Shown here: positions 20,065-30,482 of the stretch, in pieces
Position numbering within the stretch: the first letter of the stretch is position 1
Layout of the letters: every line of letters starts with the position of its first letter
Origin: Candidatus Zhuqueibacterota bacterium
GTDB taxonomy: Bacteria; SM23-31
DNA length: 64,000 nucleotides
NCBI GenBank assembly: GCA_042564455.1
Contig: JBHPLC010000002.1
Coordinates: forward strand, 25,017 to 89,016
Direction: 5' to 3'
Translations under genes and position numbers: made by a program
Notes under the pieces: model-generated
The model's database searches: none
Told to the model about the DNA's origin: nothing
The model's input: only the letters and a program-made list of their open reading frames with translations

Positions 20065-22125
20065 ATGAAAAAACATGTTGTCTTTGCCACAATACTAATA
20101 TTTATCTGCTCACCTCTCTTTGCACAGGAATTTCAGCAGCTGCTGGATAACAGGACCCGGGACATGCTGCATGAGGAACTCAGCGGTGAGACCGCAAAAG
20201 AATACGTGATGGAAATATCAAGATATCATAGAATACAGGGATCTCGCGGATACAGGGATGCGGCAAATTATGTACTGAAAACATTGCATGAGAACGGTTT
20301 CTCTTTGTCAGATGCTTTTATAGAATCATTCAAGTCTGACGGCAAAGTTGTCTATCAGACTTGGCAGTCCCCTTCCGGATGGGACATGGATTTTGCTGAA
20401 CTGCGAATGGTAGAACCGTATGAAGAACGAATAACCGGTTTTCCTGAGATCCCCATGAGCCTGATCACCTATTCAAATCCGGGTGAAGAGACTGCCGAAC
20501 TTGTCTGGGTGGGCAGCGGCCTGAACGATTCCGATTATTCCGGAAAGAACGTACGGGGAAAATTTGTTCTCGCTACCGGCTACGGGGGCAATGTCCACCG
20601 TCTTGCAGTCCTGAAATATGGAGCAAAAGCGGTGATATGCTACTTTGATGACGAACGGGCAATGGAATACCCGGATATGCACCAGTACACAGGAATGTGG
20701 CCTAAGACAGAGGAACTGGAAAAAGTTACTTTCGGTTTTAATCTCTCCAGACGGCAGGGAGAAAAATTGAGAAAGCTGCTTGTAGACGGACAAAGGGTCG
20801 TTCTGCATGCAAAAGTAGAAGGTATAGGTCTTGAGCCCTATTTTATGGATGTACCGGTCGTGATCATCAAAGGTTCCGAAGAACCGGAAAAAGAATTCGT
20901 ATTTTGTGCACATCTGGACCATCCCAAAGAATCCGCAAATGACAATGCAAGCGGATCGGCTGCTCTGATGGATATTGCAATAACTCTTAAAAGACTGATC
21001 GACAACGGGAAACTGGAGCAACCTAAAAGATCCATTCGTTTTTTATGGGTACCGGAATTCTACGGAACTATGGCATACATTGACGCTCATCCTGAACTAA
21101 GAGGGTCTGACCTTGGCGGGAATGTTCTGGCGAACATCAATATGGACATGATCGGAGAAAATCTTGAGCTGATACATACAAAAATGAACATAACAAGAAC
21201 TCCCAGCTCGATCCCTTCAGTATTCAATGATGTTGTGGCCAACATGGCAAAAATGGTTAGCACAATGAACATACGCACTGCAAGAGGAAGCCTTTCTGAA
21301 TTCAATTTCAATATCTCACCCTACAGCGGCGGAAGCGACCACAATTGTTTTATCGACAGAAAAATACCGGGAGTTATGTTCGGACATACACCGGATTATA
21401 CACATCATACATCAGAAGACACCGAAGAAAAAGTCGATCCTGTAGAGATCGAAAGATGTGAGATTATTGGCGCGGGAGCAGTAATATATTTAGCCTCGCT
21501 AAGTGATGAACAGGCCATTGACCTGGTACATTATGCAGCAGGAAACGCTTCGAATGTCTTCTCAAATGCCGGACAGCGAGCTGCAAGATTGCTGTTGAAT
21601 TCAGGAACGTCTGATGCAGAGATCATGTGGACTGAAGCCTATAATACAATCAATTACGAATTAGTATGGCGCAAAAAAGCAGTCAGTTCAATTTTGAATT
21701 TCAACAATTCCTCCGCCATCAGAGAAATTATTGCTAATATACATACCAGTCTAAACGGACAGCACTCATCCTGTTTAGACAACCTAATGATATTAGCCGC
21801 GTCAAAAGGTGTATTAACAGACAGACCGTCACGTCTGATTTCATCCGGGGACACAAGAATTCCTGAAAGGCTCACCAGAGGACCAATCGCATCCGGAATA
21901 CCGGAGAACAGTCTGACATCCGCAAGAGCTCAATGGTATTTGAGCAGACAGTTCTCTCTTACGGGGAACAGACGATTTGAACTTCATAATTTTATTGACG
22001 GGACCAATTCAGTAACAGAGATCAGGAATGCCCTCAGCGCTGAATACGGGCCAGTTGACATGGAAGATATTTTAAGATATATAGAAGATCTTATTACAGC
22101 AGGTGTAGTAAAATGGAAACAATAA
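20065..22125 (+). CDS. Secreted M28-family metallopeptidase with PA domain (paralog of 6403-8493)
   Basis: 686 aa with a signal peptide. PA-like block (ELVWVGSGLNDSDYSGKNVRGKFVLATG). AHLDHPKESANDNASGSAALMDIAITL, NMDMIGE, GGSDHNCF and YTHHTSEDT motifs. Confidence 0.7.
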   Translation: MKKHVVFATILIFICSPLFAQEFQQLLDNRTRDMLHEELSGETAKEYVMEISRYHRIQGSRGYRDAANYVLKTLHENGFSLSDAFIESFKSDGKVVYQTWQSPSGWDMDFAELRMVEPYEERITGFPEIPMSLITYSNPGEETAELVWVGSGLNDSDYSGKNVRGKFVLATGYGGNVHRLAVLKYGAKAVICYFDDERAMEYPDMHQYTGMWPKTEELEKVTFGFNLSRRQGEKLRKLLVDGQRVVLHAKVEGIGLEPYFMDVPVVIIKGSEEPEKEFVFCAHLDHPKESANDNASGSAALMDIAITLKRLIDNGKLEQPKRSIRFLWVPEFYGTMAYIDAHPELRGSDLGGNVLANINMDMIGENLELIHTKMNITRTPSSIPSVFNDVVANMAKMVSTMNIRTARGSLSEFNFNISPYSGGSDHNCFIDRKIPGVMFGHTPDYTHHTSEDTEEKVDPVEIERCEIIGAGAVIYLASLSDEQAIDLVHYAAGNASNVFSNAGQRAARLLLNSGTSDAEIMWTEAYNTINYELVWRKKAVSSILNFNNSSAIREIIANIHTSLNGQHSSCLDNLMILAASKGVLTDRPSRLISSGDTRIPERLTRGPIASGIPENSLTSARAQWYLSRQFSLTGNRRFELHNFIDGTNSVTEIRNALSAEYGPVDMEDILRYIEDLITAGVVKWKQ

Positions 22126-22219
22126 GGATATTTGATTGTTATATTATATAATCGATCAATAAATATTATTCCAAATAAATAAGCACAATAACTCTTTGCT
22201 GAATAATACGGAGGCTTAA

Positions 22220-23239
22220 ATGAAAAAAAAGCATCTGATATTTTACTTCCTTACAATTTCTTTCTTCTCATTTTTTAGTTGTTCAGGATTAATGGATCCT
22301 GATGAACCTGGAAACCTTGTTCCAAAAACTGTATCGGAAGATCCTTCTTTACCTCAATTAAACATTACCTCTACTACCTTGCATCTGGAAACCAAAGGTG
22401 AGGTGAATAATTCGATCCTGATATTTCTTCACTCCGGGCCGGGGAGAGATTACAGAAGCATGACAAAATTAGAAACATTGGCTGATGACGGTTACTTCCT
22501 GATATTTTATGACCAGAGAGGAACCGGTTTATCTAAACGTCATGATAAAAACCAAATAACAATGGAAGATTATATTGAAGACTTAAACAGGATTATAATT
22601 ACATATAATACTCAACCCGGTGTTTCAGTATATCTTATAGGACACGGATGGGGAGCAATGCTGGCAACAGCATATATTAACACTTATCCAGGGAAAATTG
22701 AAGGAGCTGTTCTGTGTGATCCGTATGCATTTACAGGAGAATACCTGGAAAGCATAAGAGACAATTTATTTGATTTGAATTTGTCCTCAGAATGGTATAA
22801 CGACTATATCTGGAACTCAACAATGATGTCGGCGGATTCACATGAGAGAAAGGACTATCAGTTCTATTTGTATATTAAGGATTCCAGGCCTTTATTAGGA
22901 GACAATGAAGATGATCCAAGTCCGCTCTGGCGTCCCGGTGCTGTTGCAAATGAAGCGATAAATGAATCCTTACAGGATTCGGATGGAAAATTCAATTTTG
23001 ATTTTACAGCAAACCTCCAAAGTTATCAAAAAGACGTGTTTTTTGTACGAAGTGAATTCAATAAGATATTGGATGAAAGTCACCACTTGAAATTAATGGA
23101 ATATTATCCCAAATCAACACTTGTAACTGCAAATGACGCGGCTCATGATATATTCTGGAGCAATCCGATAGAATTAACAGATATTATAAATTCATACTTA
23201 AGAATCGACGCTGCCGCACAGAAAGGAGGTAATAAATGA
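22220..23239 (+). CDS. Alpha/beta hydrolase-fold lipoprotein (prolyl aminopeptidase-like) with Gly at the nucleophile position
   Basis: 339 aa. Lipobox FFSC. HSGPG oxyanion motif. The nucleophile elbow reads GHGWGA (GGA codon at 22646-22648) instead of G-x-S-x-G. The C-terminal AAHDIFW has the expected His. Confidence 0.7.
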   Translation: MKKKHLIFYFLTISFFSFFSCSGLMDPDEPGNLVPKTVSEDPSLPQLNITSTTLHLETKGEVNNSILIFLHSGPGRDYRSMTKLETLADDGYFLIFYDQRGTGLSKRHDKNQITMEDYIEDLNRIIITYNTQPGVSVYLIGHGWGAMLATAYINTYPGKIEGAVLCDPYAFTGEYLESIRDNLFDLNLSSEWYNDYIWNSTMMSADSHERKDYQFYLYIKDSRPLLGDNEDDPSPLWRPGAVANEAINESLQDSDGKFNFDFTANLQSYQKDVFFVRSEFNKILDESHHLKLMEYYPKSTLVTANDAAHDIFWSNPIELTDIINSYLRIDAAAQKGGNK

Positions 23240-23922
23240 AAAGATTAATATTAATAGCAATCATACTTTCTTCAAATATATTTATTTCCTCCTCAGAAGC
23301 ACAGGTCCATAGAATAATTTTACCTGAAGAAAAACAGGTTTATTTTAATTATGAACTGGATCCGATAAATGGAATCAGTACTGGATACGCAAGAGGCTTT
23401 TTGCTCGATTTTGAACGATTTGAACTTCATCTAACTGCATTTGCCGATATCATGATGCCGATCAGTCTGCTTGATTTTAACCATTACAGGATTAGACTCG
23501 GCAATAGAATGAAAATAAAGAACTTTGGGAAGTGGCATATTCTGAACCGCCTTACTCTGTTGGATACTTCTGCAGAAAATGATTTGTTCTTCGGGCATAC
23601 GGTCAGCCTGGATGAATCGATATTGGCCGGTTATTTCGAAAACAGATGGCATGCTTCTTTTGAAGCAGGATTCACTAAATTTCTGGTCTCGTATATTAAG
23701 CATAATTCAGAATGGTTCAGGGTTGCCGGATTTAATGAGGCGAAATCAGGATGGTATAAAAGTATGGGCGGAAATTTTACTTTTGGTATAAATGGCGGTT
23801 ATCAATTTAACGATACTGTTGAAACAACATTGAAAATTCATATTAGAAAAACACAGTCATTCAACTCTATAGATGGGCCGCCCGTTTACGGTGCAGTAGG
23901 AATAAATTTCTATTATAATTAA
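23236..23922 (+). CDS. Secreted hypothetical protein (possible small outer-membrane beta-barrel)
   Basis: 228 aa. ATGA overlap with the upstream gene; GGAGG RBS. Signal peptide (LILIAIILSSNIFISSSEAQ). Alternating hydrophobic pattern and aromatic-rich C-terminus (GINFYYN). Confidence 0.5.
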   Translation: MKRLILIAIILSSNIFISSSEAQVHRIILPEEKQVYFNYELDPINGISTGYARGFLLDFERFELHLTAFADIMMPISLLDFNHYRIRLGNRMKIKNFGKWHILNRLTLLDTSAENDLFFGHTVSLDESILAGYFENRWHASFEAGFTKFLVSYIKHNSEWFRVAGFNEAKSGWYKSMGGNFTFGINGGYQFNDTVETTLKIHIRKTQSFNSIDGPPVYGAVGINFYYN

Positions 23923-23960
23923 ATGATACTTTGTATTATTAAGAACTGTCCGGGGAAAGA

Positions 23961-24965
23961 ATGCACATAGACTGCTATGCAGCTTTAGATAAAGGTAAAT
24001 ACCTTAAAAAATATAGATATGAATCCAAACCTCTGAATAATTGGGAAATTGAGGTTGAAATATCTCACTGTGGTATATGCCACAGCGATATTCATCTAAT
24101 CGATGATGACTGGGATATAAGCAGTTATCCATTAGTGCCCGGTCATGAGATCATTGGTTTCGTAAAGAAAAAAGGAAAGAATGTAAATGTCCTGAAAATT
24201 AATGACCGTGTCGGTATCGGCTGGCAGAGCAGCGCATGCTTCTCCTGTGAATCATGCATCCGTGGTTTGGACAATTTATGCTCACAGCAAAAAGCAACGT
24301 GCGTTGACGGTCATGGAGGTTTTGCACGGTCTATCATCATCGACAGCAGATATGCATTCAGAATACCCGAAAATTTAAGATCCGGGAATGCTGCCCCCCT
24401 TCTTTGCGGAGGTATTACTGTTTATTCCCCGTTAAGGTTTTATAATGTCTCACCGCCGATGAAGGTTGGTGTAATCGGTATCGGCGGACTGGGACACCTT
24501 GCTATCCAGTTTGCCGCGGCTTTCGGCTGCGAAGTAACAGCATTTTCTACAACTCCTGAAAAACAGGAAGAAGCAGTAAAATTTGGCGCTAAGAATTTTA
24601 TAAGCGGTAAGGATCACAAAGTTCTGAGAAAATCCGTCAATTCACTTGATTTTATAATATCGACGGTGTTTTCAGATCTTGACTGGAACAGGTACCTGAG
24701 CATATTACGACCTGCCGGAAAACTGTGTTTTGTCGGCGCTCCCACAAACTCAATAAGTATCCCGGCACATCAATTGATCGTATCCAGAAAATCTGTCTGC
24801 GGATCAAATATCGGCAGCAGACATCAGATCGAAGAAATGCTTAGGTTTGCAGATCGCCACAATATCACTGCCCAAACTGAGGTTGTCCCGATGTCTGAAG
24901 TAAATACTGCTATAGAAAAAGTCCGTAATAACAAAGCACGTTATAGAATAGTCCTGAAAAACTGA
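23961..24965 (+). CDS. Zinc-dependent alcohol dehydrogenase (cinnamyl-alcohol/YahK-like, probably NADP-dependent)
   Basis: 334 aa. GICHSDIHLIDDDW, PLVPGHEIIG, structural-Zn Cys cluster CFSCESCIRGLDNLC, and GIGGLGHLA nucleotide-binding motif. Confidence 0.85.
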   Translation: MHIDCYAALDKGKYLKKYRYESKPLNNWEIEVEISHCGICHSDIHLIDDDWDISSYPLVPGHEIIGFVKKKGKNVNVLKINDRVGIGWQSSACFSCESCIRGLDNLCSQQKATCVDGHGGFARSIIIDSRYAFRIPENLRSGNAAPLLCGGITVYSPLRFYNVSPPMKVGVIGIGGLGHLAIQFAAAFGCEVTAFSTTPEKQEEAVKFGAKNFISGKDHKVLRKSVNSLDFIISTVFSDLDWNRYLSILRPAGKLCFVGAPTNSISIPAHQLIVSRKSVCGSNIGSRHQIEEMLRFADRHNITAQTEVVPMSEVNTAIEKVRNNKARYRIVLKN

Positions 24966-25149
24966 CCGGTATCCGTAAAAACATCAATTCAGATCAATCA
25001 ATTTTTCCTTTACAATCACCTCTTAATTTTTTACCTTTAGGTTTGCTCAAATCAAACGTTTTCGAAAGCTGGTTTCAATCTATTATTAATTCGTGTATTT
25101 TATTTCTGAATTTCAGTGATGAGGTACTTTTGTGTAATATGGAGGAAAG

Positions 25150-26889
25150 ATGTCTGAATCATCAAAGAAAATAGGATTTATTCAATCCATGTTTAACGGT
25201 GTTATCGAAAAAGATCTTCTGAAACCTTTTCCTAATTATCAGGGTGATGAATTAGAAGAGATGAAAGTAGTTCTGGATATGGTCAAAAAATTCACTAAGG
25301 AACAAATTGATCCAATAACTATAGATAGAGAACATAAAATCCCTGATTCGGTAAAAGAAGGGATGAAAGAACTTGGTCTTTGGGGTTTTATTATCCCCGA
25401 AGAGTATGGCGGTTTTGAACAGCCTGAGTTCACATATAATAAGACTATGGAGCTGTTAACCGGCAGATGCGGAGCAACAGCAGTTATGTTCGGCGGTCAT
25501 CTCTCGATCGGCCTTAAGGCGATCCTGCTTTTCGGAACCGATGAACAAAAACGCAAGTGGTTCCCGGAATTGGCTGCAGGTGATAAAATAGCAGCTTTTG
25601 CATTGACCGAGCCGGACGCCGGAAGTGATGCCGCCGGAATCAAAACCACTGCAGATATATCAGATGACGGCAAATATTATATCTTGAACGGAAGGAAACA
25701 ATGGATCACAAACGGGGGATTTGCCGACGTATTTACCGTATTTGCAAAAGTCAGAAATAAAGAAAGCAAAACAGAAGATTCCAAAATCACTGCCTTTATA
25801 GTAACAAGAGATATGGACGGATTCTCTTCCGGTAAAGAGGAAGATAAACTCGGTATTTGCGGATCATCCACAACACCGTTATATCTTGAAAATGTAAAAG
25901 TGCCCGCTGAGAACATCCTCGGTAATATAGGCGGCGGATTCAACGTTGCCATGGGTGTGCTTGACACCGGAAGACTGGGATTAGGAGCCGGCTGCGTCGG
26001 GGCCTCAAAATCTCTGCTTCCATATGCACTGGATTTCGCACTGCAGCGTGAGCAGTTCAGAAAGAAAATCGCTGAATTTGACATGATCAAGGAAAAATTT
26101 GCCAGGATACTGGTAAGTACATTTACGGCGGAAAGCATGGTCTACTTTTCAACTACGCTTAAATGTAATCCGATGGTAACTGCTTCCGTTGAATCTGCGG
26201 CATGTAAGATATTCGGCAGTGAGTCGTTCGTACAGACCTCCAATGACTGCCTTCAGATCGCCGGCGGCAACGGTTTTATGCGCGAATACCCTTTTGAAAG
26301 ATACATGAGAGACGCGAGGATCAATATGATATTTGAAGGTACCAATGAAATCCTCCGTATGTTTATATCCACTACAGGATTGATGCCGTATTCTGTTAAA
26401 CTTAAAAAATATTATAAAACATTACCGGAAGATCCCAATAGCAGAAAACAGAAGATCGATGAATTATACAATGAACTTGCCCCATCAACGGACAGCTGCA
26501 GAATTGAAGGTTTCTCGGAAAAACTGAAGGATCAGACAGAACTGGCGGAAAGACTTACAAGGAAACTTAATGAAGCTGTAATAAAATCCGTTCTGGATCA
26601 GGGCAGGGGAATCCGTGACAACCAGATACTGCAAAAACGCCTGGCTGAAGCAGCAATGGATATTTTTGGTATTATTGCAAATGTCGCAAGAGTGGAGAAT
26701 TTAATTCAGCGGGACTATTCTTCTACCGACAAAACGATTCTGATATCCAATGTTTTTGCAATGCAGGCGGAAAGACGTGTCGATCAGAATCTGGATGACG
26801 TATTAAATAACAGAGATGAGAAAATCGAAGAGTTGGCACAAATAGTATATGATGCGGAAAAATTTCCGTTTGACATTTTAGATTATTGA
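25150..26889 (+). CDS. Acyl-CoA dehydrogenase, long form with a C-terminal helical extension
   Basis: 579 aa. [24 protein letters not shown] and [10 protein letters not shown] motifs. The roughly 180-aa C-terminal extension resembles VLCAD/ACAD9-type enzymes. Confidence 0.85.
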   Translation: MSESSKKIGFIQSMFNGVIEKDLLKPFPNYQGDELEEMKVVLDMVKKFTKEQIDPITIDREHKIPDSVKEGMKELGLWGFIIPEEYGGFEQPEFTYNKTMELLTGRCGATAVMFGGHLSIGLKAILLFGTDEQKRKWFPELAAGDKIAAFALTEPDAGSDAAGIKTTADISDDGKYYILNGRKQWITNGGFADVFTVFAKVRNKESKTEDSKITAFIVTRDMDGFSSGKEEDKLGICGSSTTPLYLENVKVPAENILGNIGGGFNVAMGVLDTGRLGLGAGCVGASKSLLPYALDFALQREQFRKKIAEFDMIKEKFARILVSTFTAESMVYFSTTLKCNPMVTASVESAACKIFGSESFVQTSNDCLQIAGGNGFMREYPFERYMRDARINMIFEGTNEILRMFISTTGLMPYSVKLKKYYKTLPEDPNSRKQKIDELYNELAPSTDSCRIEGFSEKLKDQTELAERLTRKLNEAVIKSVLDQGRGIRDNQILQKRLAEAAMDIFGIIANVARVENLIQRDYSSTDKTILISNVFAMQAERRVDQNLDDVLNNRDEKIEELAQIVYDAEKFPFDILDY

Positions 26890-26908
26890 TTTAAATAGAA
26901 TATATTGC

Positions 26909-26947
26909 AAAAAAATCCCGCCCGGATCAACAGGCGGGATTTTTTTG
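26909..26947. terminator. Bidirectional rho-independent terminator (repeat copy 1)
   Basis: A-run, ATCCCGCC-CGGATCAACAG-GGCGGGAT, T-run. Related copy at 28138-28172. Confidence 0.75.
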
Positions 26948-27979
26948 TCACTTAATTTTTATCTTCAATAAACCATTAATTGAATAAGAAGAAACATACA
27001 GCAGCCCATCTCTCTCATTATAAGCTATATATTCAAAAGTGGCAGAGCCGGTACCAACAAATACTTCTGCCCTGTCATTTTTTATCAAAATATCCCAATC
27101 ATCTCCGGCGTCTTTGGAAAAAGCAATTCCTTTTGAAGTTGTAGCATATATCTCACCTGCCCTTGTAAGACATATACGTGCGCATCTGCTGGCAAAAATC
27201 TTATCCCAGGATAAACCTGCATCCGTACTTTTAAAAAGTCCGTGACCGGCGCTGAAATAAATAACATTATGATCAACCGGATCGATAAACACCAGATTTA
27301 TGGAGTTTCTTCTGCTCGTATATATCTTATCCCAGCTTCTCCCTCCATTTGTACTTTTAAGGATAACATCTCTCCTTGACCTGTAGCTGGTACCATATTG
27401 CTCATTAACAACAACATAAATAATTGAGTTATCTGCTTTATCTATAGTGACCGTTTTCGGAAATATATTAGGAGACAATACTATATCATCTTCCCAGGTT
27501 TCTCCATTATCTTTACTTACCATTAATTTGGGATTACCTGTCGCTTCATCTCTATAAACAAAATAGACAATATTATTGTGTTTTGACATAAAGAGGAGCC
27601 TACTATTCATATTCATATCTTCCCAGGTCAAACCTCCGTCAACTGACTTTAGAACTGCATCTTCGACCCTCGATCCGCTTCTTGAACAATAAATAATATT
27701 CGGATCATTCTCATCTATCATAACACTCCCGATATTGGATCCGGGACTGAGCTCAGTCCAGTTTTCTCCGGAATCTTCCGTTTTTAGTAATTTTGATCCA
27801 GTGGAAACAATTAAAATATTCGGATCTGTTTTTGACATATCAAAATTTCTGACACTGCTCCGCAGAATTGATACAAAATTAATTTTGTCACGCTGTATTA
27901 TCGGATCATCCGAAGGTGAAGCAAAGATTAAAGAACTGAAAAACGTCAATACAAACAATGTGATAATTGTTTTCTTCAT
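26948..27979 (-). CDS. Secreted BNR/Asp-box repeat beta-propeller protein (Ycf48/sortilin-like)
   Basis: 343 aa with a signal peptide. Six S/T-x-D-x-G-x-x-W motifs (TEDSGENW, SVDGGLTW, SKDNGETW, STNGGRSW, STDAGLSW, SKDAGDDW). Confidence 0.8.
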   Translation of the reverse strand: MKKTIITLFVLTFFSSLIFASPSDDPIIQRDKINFVSILRSSVRNFDMSKTDPNILIVSTGSKLLKTEDSGENWTELSPGSNIGSVMIDENDPNIIYCSRSGSRVEDAVLKSVDGGLTWEDMNMNSRLLFMSKHNNIVYFVYRDEATGNPKLMVSKDNGETWEDDIVLSPNIFPKTVTIDKADNSIIYVVVNEQYGTSYRSRRDVILKSTNGGRSWDKIYTSRRNSINLVFIDPVDHNVIYFSAGHGLFKSTDAGLSWDKIFASRCARICLTRAGEIYATTSKGIAFSKDAGDDWDILIKNDRAEVFVGTGSATFEYIAYNERDGLLYVSSYSINGLLKIKIK

Positions 27980-28137
27980 TTTTGTTTCCCTGAGTTATAT
28001 TGTTCAAAAATTGATAATTTATATTAAATAATTTTATTACAACGTCTGCTTTACGGGATAGACCGATGATATGTCTAAATGTTTCGAAATTTTTGTTTTT
28101 TCGAAAATATCTGAAGATGACATGTCTGAATAAATAA

Positions 28138-28172
28138 AAAATCCCGCCCGAATTAACAGGCAGGATTTTCTA
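28138..28172 (-). terminator. Rho-independent terminator (repeat copy 2)
   Basis: On the minus strand reads ATCCTGCC-TGTTAATTC-GGGCGGGAT followed by T7. About 85% identical to the hairpin at 26909-26947. Confidence 0.65.
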
Positions 28173-28193
28173 ACGGTATTATTATCTCTGAGA

Positions 28194-29219
28194 TTAAAGA
28201 TCGACTTTTATAAGCCCTGAGCTGGAGGCAAAGTACAATTTGCCGTTTTTCTCATCAACATACAAGTGGCGAAAAATTGAACTGTTATTACCCATGGAAA
28301 ACCAATTTGAAGGGCTGTTCAGGATCACTTTCCAATTACTTCCGTTGTCGTCTGACCTGACAATACCCTTCTTTGTCAGGGCATAAATTTCACCTTTTGT
28401 GGTAATATGAAGCGATTCGCATCTGCTGTCGAAGGATTTTTTCCAGTTTTCACCACCGTCATGACTTATAAAAATACCATGATTCGCACCAAAGAAGACA
28501 TTATCGGAATTATTAGGATCAACAAAAACATCAAATACATAGTCCTTGCTTTTTGTCTCGTAGATCCTTTCCCAGGTTTTTCCGCTATTTGTACTTTTTA
28601 ACGCATACCCAATTATATCTTTACCGGTATTGCCGTAAATATTCCTGCATGCTGCATAAACGACACTCTGGTTTGCAGGATCAACTGCCAGAGCCTTTGG
28701 ACTGCCCATTATATTCTGCATGTAGCTTTCATCCCAGGATTTGCCATTATCTACGCTTCTTAGAACTTTTGGCAGTCTCTTGGACTGGTCCATAAAAACA
28801 ACTAACAAGGCGCCGTTACTGATAGCGATATCGTTCATATAGCACTCGGATTTGATCTTTTTCCAATCTGAACCACCATCTGTGGTTTTATATAATGCTT
28901 CAGTAACACTTCAACTGCCCTGAGCAGCATAAACAATGTCCGGATCTTTACCGTCGATCTCCACATTCACGATGGTTGAAATGGATTTGATCTTTTCCCA
29001 GTTTTCTCCTCCATTTTCGGTTTTCCAGACATAACCTGAAACAACGGCATAAATATAATCCGGATCGGACTTTGACACATCAAAAAAAGCAGTGGATCCT
29101 TTTAATACAACTTCTGCATTCACCTCGGACAATACCGGATCTGTCTCAACATTTGACACAGCAAATGCATAAAAACAAATAAAGAATACTAATAATACCA
29201 GTGCCTTTATTCTTTTCAT
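28194..29219 (-). pseudogene. BNR/Asp-box propeller paralog interrupted by a single in-frame TGA (28911-28913)
   Basis: ORFs 28911-29219 (signal peptide plus first blades) and 28194-28838 are in the same frame. The 72 nt between them translate as SVTEALYKTTDGGSDWKKIKSECY, a further Asp-box blade. The stop aligns with a Ser (TCG) in paralog 26948-27979. Confidence 0.7.
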
Positions 29220-29333
29220 AGAACCCCCTTTAAAAGTATAATAGTTCTTTTTCTATTATACTATAACAATAGAATAAAGTTTCGATAATCGTACTTTTAT
29301 ATTTATAATAGGGAGATAAGAAGAAGACCCGTT

Positions 29334-30371
29334 TTACCCGCCGATCCTGTGCATTTCGACTTTTTTGTTTTTCTGCGTAGGATTTTCATTTCTGAGGTGT
29401 GTATTTCTCAATTCAGAATACCTGTCATCCCTGTTAAACCAGAGAGACTGAAGAATATCATTTATTTTCTTATCGGACACTCCCCCTCTGATCTCTTTTT
29501 TCAGATCGATATGATCACTTGAAAAAAGACATGTATATAACTTGCCGTCGGTTGACAATCTTAATCTTGTACAATCTGAGCAAAATGGCTGACTGATAGA
29601 AGTAATGATCCCGATCTCTCCTGAACCGTCAGTGTATCTGAACTTTTTTGCCACCTCACCATTATTTGATGACAATACAGGCTCAAGAGGATATCGTTTG
29701 TTGATAGTCTTTATGATGTCTGCTCCCGGGACTACATCCTCCGGATCCCAGTCATTAAGATTTCCGACATCCATATATTCAATAAATCTCGGTATATGAG
29801 AAGTACCTTTGAAATACTCTGCTATATCGAGGATATCTTTATCGTTGACTCCTCTCTGGATAACTGTGTTGATCTTTATCGATACAAATCCGGCATTTTC
29901 TGCTGTCTTTATACCATCCAGAATATTTTCCACATTGCATTCACAGTTATTAACTTTTTTGAACACTTCGTTGTTCAGGGAATTAAGACTTACTGTAATT
30001 CTATTCAACCCGGCTTTTTTTAGTTCGGATGCATAGTCGGTAAGATTAAAACCGTTAGTAGTTAAAGCCAGATCTTTAATACCCTTGATCTTTGACAATT
30101 TGCTTATAAGTCCTTCAATGTTTTCCTTTACAAGAGGTTCACCGCCGGTAATCCTGACTTTTTCAATACCGAGCTTAACCAATATTTTTGTAAACCTGAT
30201 GATTTCCTCAAATGTCAGCAATTCACTTTTGGGCAGGAAATTATAAACACCGCCGGACCACTTCTCAGATTTGACAGGCATACAGAATGAACATCTGAAA
30301 TTGCACCTGTCGGTAACTGAGATCCGCAGATCTTTCAACTTCCGTCCAAATTTGTCTTTCAAAACTGACAT
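29334..30371 (-). CDS. moaA: GTP 3',8-cyclase (molybdenum cofactor biosynthesis, radical SAM)
   Basis: 345 aa. CNFRCSFCMP radical-SAM motif; C-terminal CSDCTRLRLSTDGKLYTCLF second-cluster motif. Confidence 0.9.
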   Translation of the reverse strand: MSVLKDKFGRKLKDLRISVTDRCNFRCSFCMPVKSEKWSGGVYNFLPKSELLTFEEIIRFTKILVKLGIEKVRITGGEPLVKENIEGLISKLSKIKGIKDLALTTNGFNLTDYASELKKAGLNRITVSLNSLNNEVFKKVNNCECNVENILDGIKTAENAGFVSIKINTVIQRGVNDKDILDIAEYFKGTSHIPRFIEYMDVGNLNDWDPEDVVPGADIIKTINKRYPLEPVLSSNNGEVAKKFRYTDGSGEIGIITSISQPFCSDCTRLRLSTDGKLYTCLFSSDHIDLKKEIRGGVSDKKINDILQSLWFNRDDRYSELRNTHLRNENPTQKNKKVEMHRIGG

Positions 30372-30482
30372 CCGGATATTTTGTATTTATTTTAAGGTTT
30401 AGAGTTTATTTCTCAGATATATTTATATTGGATTATATCAATAAAAACCGCTTCTTTAATGCGGCAGTTTCATTTAAATTTC

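Noticed and set aside
20473-21021. 182-aa minus-strand ORF
   Set aside because: Antisense to the M28 peptidase, which has clear family motifs in this very interval; no independent support.
28911-28913. Genome-wide UGA reassignment (code 4 or 25) as an explanation for the in-frame TGA
   Set aside because: TGA clearly terminates other well-defined genes here (selB at 1306-1308, acyl-CoA dehydrogenase at 26887-26889) at the expected protein ends.
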